From positions 13,578,001-13,642,000 of the forward strand of contig NC_043005.1 of assembly GCF_006345805.1 (NCBI RefSeq): DNA of 64,000 nucleotides. The letters run 5' to 3'. The notes under the pieces are model-generated. The model was not told the DNA's origin and did not search any database. It worked only from the letters and a program-made list of their open reading frames with translations. How positions within the stretch are numbered: position 1 is the first letter of the stretch; each line of letters starts with the position of its first letter. Positions 8,995 to 21,465 of the stretch are shown piece by piece. The position numbers and the translations under genes were made by a program. Source of the DNA: Octopus sinensis (taxonomy: Eukaryota).

Positions 8995-11900
8995 CTGAAA
9001 ACAGAAATGAAAAGAAATAAATAATTATATAAAACGTTACATTTATGAATTTTATTCCAACATTTGCATAATGTCACTTCAAATACAGCTTTTCCATGCA
9101 CCACTGCTTTGTTTCATAAGGTAAAGATATCTTTATATATAAAAGTAAGGTTGTGTGAGTGTCTGTCTACTCCGATTTAGATTCCTAACTACTCCCACAT
9201 TTTGCGGTGCAGTTTAACCAAAAGCGGATATCTTATAGTCGTGATTCATATCGAGCCCTTGTGGGTATTAGCGCACGTCTACGATGAGTCTACGATTTAA
9301 AAAAAATTTACCATCATTTTTGCGCATTTTTAATGATTTTTGCTCGGTTTATATAAGGAAAGTAACTCTTTAAAAATGCTTATACAGTTATTTCCCTTAC
9401 AAATCCGAGCAACGCCGGGCGATACTGCTAGTCTGAGATAAGATTTTGACTGCTTATCTTGAGATACATCTTATTGCATTCAAATCCTTTGTATATCTGA
9501 TAACTATAGCAAAATTAATATAAATCCATCACAAAGGTTGGGAAAAGATTATGTCTCAAAAGATCAATTGAATATGCTTGTCATCTTGATTAACTCTTCA
9601 GCATTCAGATTACTTTGTCAAATGTAAAGTTTATTTATCCAAATTATTTTCAATTAATCTTTTACTCTTTTAATCTTTTACTTGTTTCAGTCATTTGACT
9701 GCGGCCATGCTGGAGCACCGCCTTTAGTCGAGCAACTCGACCCCGGGACTTATTCTTTGTAAGCCCAGTACTTATTCTATCGGTCTCTTTTGCCGAACCG
9801 CTAAGTGACGGGGACGTAAACACACCACCATCGGTTGCCAAGCAATGCTAGGGGGACAAACACAGACACACAAACACACACATACATATATATACATACA
9901 CATATATACGACAGGCTTCTTTCAGTTTCCGTCTACCAAATCCACTCACAAGGCATTGGTCGGCCCGGGGCTATAGCAGAAGACACTTGCCCAAGATGCC
10001 ACGCAGTGGGACTGAACCCGGAACCATGTGGTTGGTTAGCAAGCTACTTACCACACAGCCACTCCTGCGCCTAATCATTTATCATTTTGTTCAATTATTT
10101 TCAATTAATCATTTATCATTTTGCGGCTTTGAGACGTTGATGATGCATTTGTTTATATTTTGAATGGCATTGTAAGACAGGTGTGAAAGGCTGAATCTGA
10201 GCACTCTGAACATAAAACAGGAAGACGGCCATGCATAGGTCTGGCTGTGTCTGTCACGAGCACTTTCCACCACACAAGAAGTGTGACGGAGACTGTGCGG
10301 GGAAGCCAACCCCCATTGGCTGAAGGCATGACTGCCTTTGAGCACGAACGAGGCTTCTCACTGCTGAGGTGATGGCCAGAAAGGTCTCTGGGAAGCAGAG
10401 TCTGGCACCAATGCTACAGCCCTGTATCAGCCCGCTGCTTTGCACAGTGACATGCAAAGCAATGTATTCTCTCTTTGAGTGAAGAGTAGATTATATAACA
10501 GGTACATATAAGTGTTTCGTGGTAATGAAAGTGGTGTAAGATAATGACCATCAAAATAGAGCACCACATCTAGTACGGAGATTCTTTTACTGTTACTTGT
10601 TTCAGTCAGTTGACTATGGCCATGCTGGAGCACAGCCTTAAAGGGTTTTAGTCAAAGAAATTGAACCCAGGACTTATTCTTTGTAAGCCTAGTACTTATT
10701 CTATCGGTCTCTTTTGCTGAACCGCTAAGTTACAGATATGTAAACACACCAACATCGGTTATCAAGCGATGGTGGTGGTAGTGGTGGGGGACAAACACAG
10801 TCACACACCTAAATATATACATATATACATGATGGGCTTCTTTCAGTTTCCGTCAACAAAGTCAATTCACAAGGCTTTGGCTAGCCTGAAGCTATAGGTC
10901 AAAGACATTTCCCCAAGGTGCAATGCAGTGGGACTGAACCTGGAACCATGTGGCTGAGAAAGAAGCTTCTTACCATACAAAAAAAATTATATGCCTTGGC
11001 ATATAATTAGAAATAATAAGGAGAAGACATAGTAGCTTGCTAACCAACCACATGGTTCTGGGTTCAGTCCCACTGCGTGGAATCTTGGGCAAGTGTCTTC
11101 TGCTATAGCCCTGAGCCGACCAATGCCTTATGAGTGGATTTGGTAGACGGAAACTGAAAGAAGCCTGTCGTATATATGTTAGTTTAGTTAGTTAGTTAAT
11201 TTAGCTCAAAAGCAAATAGCAAGGCCATGTAGGGGGACATGGAGTTAAGTACAGGGTGGTGTTCATGTAAAGAGTTCAGGCCACTTGAGGTCCAGGGATG
11301 CTTTGAACAAAGCGGTCGTCGGCATCTTCACCATCTCGTCTGGCAGCTTGTTCCACGGATCCGCAACCCGGACGGAGAAAGCTCCTCTCCTTCGATTGAG
11401 GTGAAATCGTCGCAGGTAGAGCTTTTTGGAATGACCCCGCAGCCGACGCTCTGGAGCAGGAGTGAAGAACAGCTCTTTCGAGAGGTTACACTTTCCGCTT
11501 ATAATGTTGTGGGCGAGAATGAGATCACCACGGCGTATGTGTATGTGTGTGTGTTTGTGTGTTTGTTCCCCTAGCATTGCTTGACAAACGATGCTGGTGT
11601 GTTTACATCCCCGTCACTTAGCGGTTCGGCAAAAAGAGACCGATAGAATAAGTACTGGGCTTACAAAAAGAATAAGTCCTGGGGTCGAGTTGCTCGACTA
11701 AAGGCGGTGCTCCGGCATGGCCGCAGTCAAATGACTGAAACAAGTAAAAGAGTAAAAGCGTATATAGAGTGTGTTAAAGAAAGAGTGAGAGTGAGAAATA
11801 CAGAGAGTGATAGATAGAATGCAAAGCAATAATTAACTTACAAAGGTTTTGTTTTCCTAACATCTTTCCTTCAGATGAATCTTGAGTATCTAACGAGGGA

Positions 11901-14900
11901 ATAGACGTAAAAAAAAAGGTATCAGTTTTGTGATATTGAGGCGGGAAACAAATATTGCTATTTTGATGTTGGATAAACAAGCTACTGCAAACATATGTGT
12001 GTATGTTTGTATGTATGTATGTATGTATGTATGTGTATGTATGTATGTTTGTATGCAAGTAAGTATGTATGTATGTATGTATATATATATATATATATAT
12101 ACAGTGGCGGCCAAAATGTTCAGAACGGCATTGTTTTCGTTAGAAAAGTAGATATAATTTTTTATCAAAGTAATTTTATATTCTATAATTTTCAGAGACA
12201 ATAAATACGATATTATTTGTTATTGCCTGAGATTTTGGTGTAATTTGAGAATATAATACAAAAGTTATGGATGATTTAGTGATTTACAGCAAAATATATA
12301 TATATATATATCCTTTTAAATAGTATCAGTGGAATTTTCGAAACATGTGTCGAAAGTAAAAATATTTGATTACACCTGCGTTAAACTCCATTTATTTATT
12401 CATATATATATATATATATAAAATATTCACTTACTTGTTTTATATTTGGTGTTACTCTTCAAATCTTCTTTCTTTTGTATGCATAAATACATGCAGATGA
12501 CATCTCTAGCATCTTTCTTGTATAGACAGTAGAATATGAAGATAAACAATCCTTGAAGCGTATTGAAGATAGCGAAGAGGTATTTAAACACCAAAGCTGC
12601 CTCACCAAATGTGAAGAATGCTAATATCCAAGAGAGGCCAAGTAGGAAAAACACGCCAATGATTCCAAAAAGCCGTAATTTCCTTGCTTTGTGTTCAAAT
12701 TTCTTGTCGTTTTTCATTGAAATAAGGCGCCCAATAATGAGAGAAAATATGGTAAGATTGAAGAGGAGAACAGCCACCACTGGAAACAGGAAAGCAGCAT
12801 AGAAAGATGTCTGGGATAACCAGCAACTAGAAAGAAATGGGAAAACAATTAATTGCAAAATCTAGAACATGTTTTGTCAGGAGAGTAAAGTGATTACAAT
12901 GATGAAGTGTACTCAAACCAAAAGAATTTATGATTAAATCCTAATCCTGGAAATGGGAATAAACAAAGCAACACAGCATCCATCATCATCATCATTTAGC
13001 ATCCGCTTTCCATGCTAGCATGGGTTGGACGGTTCAACTGGGAAGCCAGAAGGCTGCACCAGGCCCAGTCTGATCTGGCAATGTTTCTACGGCTGGATGC
13101 CCTTCCTAACGCCAACCACTCCGTGAGTTTAGTAGGTGCTTTTTACGTGCCACCGGCACAGGTGCCAGACGAGGCTGGCAAATGGCCACGATCGGATGGT
13201 GCTTTTTACGTGCCACCAGCACAGGGGCCAGGCGAGGCTGGCAAACGGCCACGATCGGATGGTGCTTTTTACGTACCACCGGCACAGGAGCCAGACGAGG
13301 CTGGCAAATGGCCACGATCGGATGGTGCTTTTTATGTGCCACCGGCACGAGGCCAGTCGCGTTGGCGTTGGCAACGGCCACGTTCAGATGGTTCTCTTAC
13401 GTGCCACCGACACATCCATGACTTTTGTAAACATTTTTTCAAGCTCAGAATTGCTTAAGCATGGAATAAACTACCTGCTTCAAGTTCCTGAAATTTGCCA
13501 ACAGTATATCTGATGCCCCCAACCATCATGTTTTTTTGTTCTTTTTTGAAGACTTATTCTCTCTTCACTTCCTATGCATATTCTATGTACTGTTCTTGAA
13601 GTTTTGGTTACCTTTTCTGATGAGCTGTCATGCACCTGAGTACAATATACAATAAGTTCATCATTATCATCTCAATAATTATATTTGTTTCTTTATTACC
13701 CACAAGGGTCTAAACATAGAGAGGACAAACAAGGACAGACAAACGAATTAAGTCGATTACATCGACCCCAGTGTGTAACTGGTACTTAATTTATCGACCC
13801 CGAAAGGATGAAAGGCAAAGTTGACCTCGGTGGAATTTGAACCCAGAACGTAATGGCAGACGAAATACGTCTACGCATTTCACCTGGCGCGCTAACGTTT
13901 CTGCCAGCTCGCCGCCTATCTCAGTAATTATATTGGTCTTATGACAACTTGGGAAAGGGACAAAAAGCATAATAACATATACGAAATAACATATACAAAT
14001 AGACTTCAGGAATGTGATTCAAATGAAAATGCTATTGGACTTTCTTCTAGTCTTAATTCTATCATCTACATATTTGTATCTTGTTATTTCTCTCTTTTTC
14101 AGAATTAATTACAAAGACAAGTAAGACCTTTAGAATTAGGGAGATGAAGACCTTCATTCACAACACTCAGGCACCAGGTTTAGATTTGACACCAGCATCT
14201 CAAAGACTGGACTTTGATGAGTGCATGTGCATGTGGCTGAGCTGGTGTATGTGTATATGATTATGTATACACAGACATTTAAGGCGGTGAGCTGGCAGAA
14301 AGGTTAGCACGCCGGGTGAAATGCTTAGCCGTATTTCGTCTGCCGTTATGTTGTGAGTTCAAAGGTCGACTTTGCCTTTCAACCTTTCGGGGTCGATAAA
14401 TTAAGTACCAGTTACGCATTGGGGTCGATGTAATCGACTTAATCCGTTTGTCTGTCCTTGTTTGTCCCCTCTGTGTTTAGCTCTTTGTGGGTAGTAAAGA
14501 AATAGGTACTTCGTCTGCTGTTACGTTCTGAGTTCAAATTCCGCCAAGGTCGACTTTGCCTTTCAACCTTTCGGGGTCGATAAATTAAGTACCAGTTACG
14601 CATTGGGGTCGATGTAATCGACTTAATCCCTTTGTCTGTCCTTGTTTGTCCCCTCTGTGTTTAGCTCTTTGTGGGTAGTAAAGAAATGAGTATGTATACA
14701 CAGACACACACACACTTATTGCATGTGCATATGTATGAGGCTGAAAAGTTCATAGGCCAACTAAGATATCCTCATTGAATGTGACCAAATGAGGTTTATT
14801 TTTCAACATAGTCCGTCCTCCTTGCAGTCCACACATTTCTTCCATTGGTGTTGCAGTGCTTGGAGATCCCGTTGGTGAAGAAGCTTTCAGCCTGTTGGTC

Positions 14901-16163
14901 AAAAAAGTCATCAACAGCAGATATGAAGTCATCATCACTGTGGTACTGCTTCCCAGTTAAGTGTTTTTTCATGTTGGGGAACAGATGATAGTCAGATGGT
15001 ATCCAATCAGGAGACTAGTGAGGGTAATCACTTTTCCAAAGTCACAGTCATGCACAACAGCCATCAGAACCACAGACTTGTGTGCTGGAATATTGTTCTG
15101 ATGAAACAAGCCCCTTTTTACCAGTTTCCAAGACTGTCTGGTATTGATAGCCTTTTGTGACTGCCTCAACACATTGGCATAGTACTCTCCATTGATGGTA
15201 TGGCCCTTTTGAATATAGTCAATAAACACAATGCTTTTAGCATCCCAAAAGTCTGAGACCATCACTTTCCCTGCAGATGAAATGGCCTTGGCTTTCTTTG
15301 GAGCAGATGAGGAGAGTATTTCCACTGCATGGATTGTCTCTTTTTCTCTGGTTCAAAGTGATGAAGCTAACACTCATCTTGGCTTAGGAAACCAGTTGCA
15401 TCTGCCTCAAAGAAGGTCAGATTTTCTTGTGATGCGATCAGATGATGCGGCATCCTCTAAGCAGAAGCTTTCATCAAGCCAATCCATTGAGCAGATTATT
15501 CTTAACTCTCTCACAGGATATGCTAAGAGCATTGGCTATTTGATTTATATTAAATCACCTGTCACCATCACCATATGGTGAACACAATCAATGTTTTCCT
15601 TGGTGGTGGCAGATGCAAGGCATCCAAATCTTGGTTCATCTTCACGACTCTCCCTTCCCCTCTTAAATCTAACCTCCTACTTTTATACTGTTGATAAAGC
15701 TGGAGTGTCATCCTCTTATGTAGCAAGTATATCAGCAGGAATGTCTTTAGGTGCTAAGCCATTTTTCTGCAGGTACATGATAAGACTATGATGCCAAATT
15801 TTGTCCATTTTCAAGAGAAGTCACTGAAAATTACTTTTGAAATCAGATGTCAGTTTACCTAGAAAGAAACAATGCAATTATTAATAACAAGAGTTGAAAT
15901 TTATAGATGCAAGATTCTTCAGCTCCAGCATCACTCCTTCATAGTCAGCCCAAGGACTTTCCAGCCCACCCTCATTGAAAGTATGTGAAGACGGGTTGTA
16001 GCTAATTGTTTGTGAATTTGTGCTGTATCTTTGTATATGTTGCAACAATAACCTGTATTATTGAAAGAAGAAATTTCAAATATACTTACACCTCAGCAAT
16101 TCTGATGTAGTTATTTGTGTTGTTGATAGCCAGAGTTAGGATGACTATTATTGCTGGAAGACC

Positions 16164-16208
<45 letters not shown>

Positions 16209-19200
16209 TAATAATAATAATAATAATAATAACTGATTGGAAGTATTATCATGTACATTGTTTTGTCTTGGTATAAAAGATGGGCTACAGCTCAATACCA
16301 CAGATTTGCTTGTCAGTTGTTTGACTTTAACCAGTTGACAAAGTCCCTTAGGGGCTGACGATACGTGCATCTCTGATCACAAGCAGAAGTAGTGGGGGAG
16401 CATCATAGCTATGTGTTGAGGGGGATTCTTTGGGGTTTGAATAATTCACCTTTGGAAGCATGGGTGGTTCTTTCAACATCCTTAAACAACCCTTATTCAG
16501 GGACCTTTTGAGCAGATGGGTTACTCAACCAGAAGAAAATTCTAACTGAGCCCCACCTGCAAGGTCATGCGCTGTTTATCTTGATATGAGATCACCATGT
16601 CACGCACATATGGTTGTGATGCATGTGCCTAGTGTACCCTTATCAGGCGGGTAGTCGTGATAGGTATACTGGGCTCCGTATATTTTACCCCAGTGTCACT
16701 TTCATAGCATGCACTGCTCTCTCACTCAATAATAATAATAATAATAATAATAATTAGTAATTGACTGTCTTGGAAGTACCTATTTTTTACTGCCCACAAG
16801 GGGCTAAACACAGAGAGGACAAGCAAGGACTGACAAACGGATTAAGTCGATTATATCAATCCCCAGTGCGTAACTGGTACTTAATTTATCGACCCCGAAA
16901 GGATGAAAGGCAAAGTCGACTTCAGCGGAATTTGAACTCAGAACGTAACGGCAGACGAAATTCGGTTATGCATTTCGCCCGGCATGCTAACGTCTCTGCC
17001 AGCTCGCCGCCTTGGAAGTACCAGCACTCAACTACCAACATGGCTGAAAAAGATTGGAGCAAGTCTGAAGGTAGAACACGTACAAAATTCAGTATTAGTT
17101 GGAACTGCAAGAATTCTTCACGGGGTTCTTGAAGCATGGCTAGTAAAACAAGTGTCACCTTAGTCTGCTGGCTGTGGACAGCTGACACTTTCCATCATAC
17201 CAAGCAATATAAGCTGTGAGTTTACATCACATAATAATAACACACACATACACACACACACACACACACATACACACACACACACAAACACACACTCACA
17301 CACATATATGATTTAGTTATAAGGATTCCTTAGAATCAAGGTGCATCAACACGGATGCCCAAAATATCCAGGCGTGATAACATAGAACATTTATAAATTA
17401 CTATTTTCCCACTGCTTTGATGTGCTGTTTATTATCATAATAAAACTGTCGGCATTTTTAACGAATGCATTATGCTAGTGAATATATAAAACTAGTTTAG
17501 AAAATAAAAACAGCAAGGAACCGAAAGACCGAGTTTTATATTACACTAGCAGTATCGCCCGGCGTTGCTCGGGTTTGTAAGGGAAATAACTATATAAGCA
17601 TTTTTAGAGAGTTACTTCCCTTATAGATGCCAATTCGGGCTTTCTTAGCCATTTCTGTTTTGGTGTCTTCAAGCCATGAAGTCGTTGTTCTAAAAGAACG
17701 CTGGTCTCCTTGACAACGCATTACGACGTTGATTTCCTTACACTCCCTTCCCCACAGCTTCACGAGGGAGGGAAGAAGGGGGAGAAGCAAACAGGTGCAG
17801 GTGTCACCGTGGACGCCAACTCCGCCGCCATCGACACATGAAAAATTATGCATTAAAATGGAATAAAAAATTATGTTAAATTATTTTTAAAATCGTAGAC
17901 TCATCGTAGACGCGCGCTAATAGCCAGACGGGCTCGATATTAATCACGACTATAAGATACCCGAATTTGGTTAAACTGCACCGCAAAATGTGGGAGGAGT
18001 TAGGAATCTAAATCGAAGGGGACAGACACTCACACAACTAGAGTTTTATATATATAGATATATCACACACACACACACTCACATCTTGAGTTGCCTCCCC
18101 TAGTTGGCAAAATGCTCGAAATATTTGATTGATCTCCCTTTGTCTACTAAATTGGTATGGTTGGTTTAGATAAGGAACAGAATGGTAGGTTATCAAGAGA
18201 AACACTTATTGAATACATGAATACTGTTAGTTTTGTCAATGAATGCTCTACAAAATAATCTCTCATTGTTTTAATGTTAATCCTTTCTTTATGCTCTACG
18301 AAATAATATAAAGGAAAATCTACAATAATTGGCAGAAGAAATGCTGCTAATTTACGGAGATAAGTAGTGCTTGTTTTAGATAGTGGAATGTCTATTGAGG
18401 AGGATCACTAATGTTGATCTATGAAAATCTGTTAGCTTCTAAAGTAAAAATAATAACTCGTGAAGAGATAAAAATGACTGTGTTTTATATAGAAAAAGCA
18501 GTTAATATCGATGAAGAAATAACTGTAAAATTATACGATGTTGTGGGACTACGAATAACAAATACCTATTTCTTTATTACCCACAAGGGGCTAAACACAG
18601 AGGGGACAAACAAGGACAGACATAGGTATTAAGTCGATTACATCGACCCCAGTGCGGAACTGGTACTTAATTTATCGACCCCGAAAGGATGAAAGGTAAA
18701 GTCGACCTCAGCGGAATTTGAACTCAGAACGTAACGGCAGACGAAATACCGCTAAGCATTTCGCCCGACGTACTAACGTTTCTGCCAGCTACCTTAACCT
18801 GATCGAGGTTTCCTGTTTTCGATGGGAGGAAACTCTACCTGTTTTTGCAGATTAATTGTTCAATGCTCCTTCAAAAATACTTTAACACTAATTCGGCTAT
18901 TGTTTTTATATGGCTGGTGTCTCTTAATAATGAGTCTGAATATTTTATTTTCTAAAATATTTCTACAGATATTGATTCTCCTTCAATACGTAGAGTAACG
19001 TATGCGTTTCGACTGAATCATTCGAGTGTTTAAATAGAGATAAAACAAGCTACTTAAAATGTCACAAACGATTACAAATATAAACAGAGTAAGAGTTGAA
19101 AATTTAAACAGAATTTGGGAGGAGGGTTAATTCAAACGGAGTGAGTACTTCTAGTTTAGCCAAAGGAAGAAATGATAGGTTGAAGCCATGTTTTTGTAAG

Positions 19201-20779
19201 AGTATGATTTTTCTGTTTTACACAGAGAGAAAATTTTACAGTGATTCCCAAGTGGGCAGTATTGTTCCCCTGGGAGCAGTGGAAAGTTCCAAGGGGTCAT
19301 TGACGAAAAGTGGAGCTATAATGATATAGCGATTCATGTAAAAACAAAATAATGGGTTCATTAGGTTAAGTTTTATTTGTGAAATACAGTTGCTTTGAAT
19401 TTGCTTCAGAAAGAGGTCTATGTTTGTGATGGTTAGTTGGGGTGGGGGCGCTAGGAATGTGGCCTGGGTGTCAAGGGGACGGCACCCTGAAAAGCTGGGA
19501 ATCACTGATCTAGAATGAGACGGAATTGATAGTTTATTCAGAGGACAAACTTCTGGCTGAAACAGAGTAAGAACAATAGCTTTAGATCACTGGTTCTCAA
19601 CTGGCAGCCATATGACCCCTGAGGGTTCCTATAAGATTTTGTGGGGTCCATGGAACAATATAGTAAATTGGGGATCCACAATAGTATCTTAAGGGTCCCT
19701 GAAAAAATTTTGCTTTAGATGTATGTATTGGTGTGTATTGCAAGGAACAACTAGATATGTAAGGATATTGTTTGTGCAATTCCATTATTTAAGCAGAATG
19801 GTGTATATATAAGTTTCCTCTACCTTGTGTGTGAGTTCCAACTTATATATACACCAATCTATTTAAATAATGGAACTGCAGATACAATATCCTTACGTAT
19901 CTCACGTCTGTCTTCATTCCTCCACTTCACTCTGTATTTCATATCTTCTCTATAATAACTTTTACTTAAACATTTTCTCCCACCGTCTCTGATGAACGGA
20001 TATATAAAATATCCTGGAAACAGCTGTAAGACCTTCTCTTTATAAATGTTCTGGAAACTATTCACAGCCTTGGAAATTTTTTAATTCATTTTGTTAATTT
20101 TATATATATATGTGTGTGTGTGTATATATATATATATATGTGTGTGTGTGTATATATATAAATATGTGTGTGTGTGTATGTATGTTGTACGTATATGTAT
20201 ATATAATATAGATACATATATACATATGCTGGCCTGCTCGCTTAGCCAGCGGGGTGGCATCATTCGAAGGCTAAAACAATGTGAATGCATTGTGACCAGC
20301 GATGTGTAACAACATCTGATGGTCTGGTTGGTCACGTGATCACGTGATATACATATGCATACAAACATACATACAGAGATAGAGAGGGTGAGTGAGAAAA
20401 AGGGAAAGAGATACATATACATATATATATAAATCATATTGTGTGTGTGTGCGTGCGTGCATGCATATATACAAATATTATACATATAGATACAGAAGCA
20501 TACATTTAAATATTTACTATCAGCCATTCCTCCTGATCAATTCTCAATGACGTCTACTATGAGAAGGAGACAGACATGGTAGACGGTGTTTATACGTACC
20601 CCAAGCAATTACTGTACTCTTCAGCATGTAGTTAGTCATGTATTTATTGAATACAACAACCACAGCTAAATAGATATGAGATGCTTCAACAGCCATCCAC
20701 ATGATGGAAACCGTAAGAAAGTAGTGTAGTAGAGCTGCTACTGCCTACAATAATAATAGTAATAATAATAATAATAATA

Positions 20780-20812
<33 letters not shown>

Positions 20813-21373
20813 TAATAATAATGATAATAATAATGATAATAATAATAACAATAATAATGATAATGATAATAATAATAATAATGATAATAATAATGATAAT
20901 AATAATAATAATACCAATCGATATAAATGTATCTGTCAAGACCTACCAAAAACTGAGCAAATATAAAGATCTTGAAATAGAAATTAGCAAAATGTGGAAC
21001 CTGAAGACTAAAACAATACCTGTTGTCAAAAGTGCCTTGAGAATGATAGCAAAAGGGGGCTGATTGCTACCTAACTCAGATACCAGGAAACACAAAAATG
21101 GCAGAAATTCAAAAGATAGTGCTCATGGGAACTGCTCATATCCTACGCAAAATACTTTCTTTGTAATCTCAAGTTTTAAAACAAACATAATTTTCGTATG
21201 ATTTTTTAGGCATTCACTAGTACAACACTAAGTACAAAACCAAATATATGGCACCCTAGGCATAGCACCAACATGAACTTCCAACTTGTTGTCTCTTGAG
21301 GTCTCTGGGTGAGACTTGGAGACAACTTGTACAAATGTAAAGCAAAAGTCAAACATAGAATAATAATAACAAC

Positions 21374-21465
<92 letters not shown>

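Noticed and set aside
12827-12864. Upstream alternative acceptor (tctag at 12862) or ORF start MQLIVFPF for exon 15
   Set aside because: The segment is the polypyrimidine tract; the acceptor at 12827 gives the conserved V-CW junction in the right phase.
13012-13458. 148-aa repeat protein MLAWVGRF… (also at 34532, 36687, 54738)
   Set aside because: Antisense reading of the family E repeat; the 60-bp unit keeps the frame open by chance.
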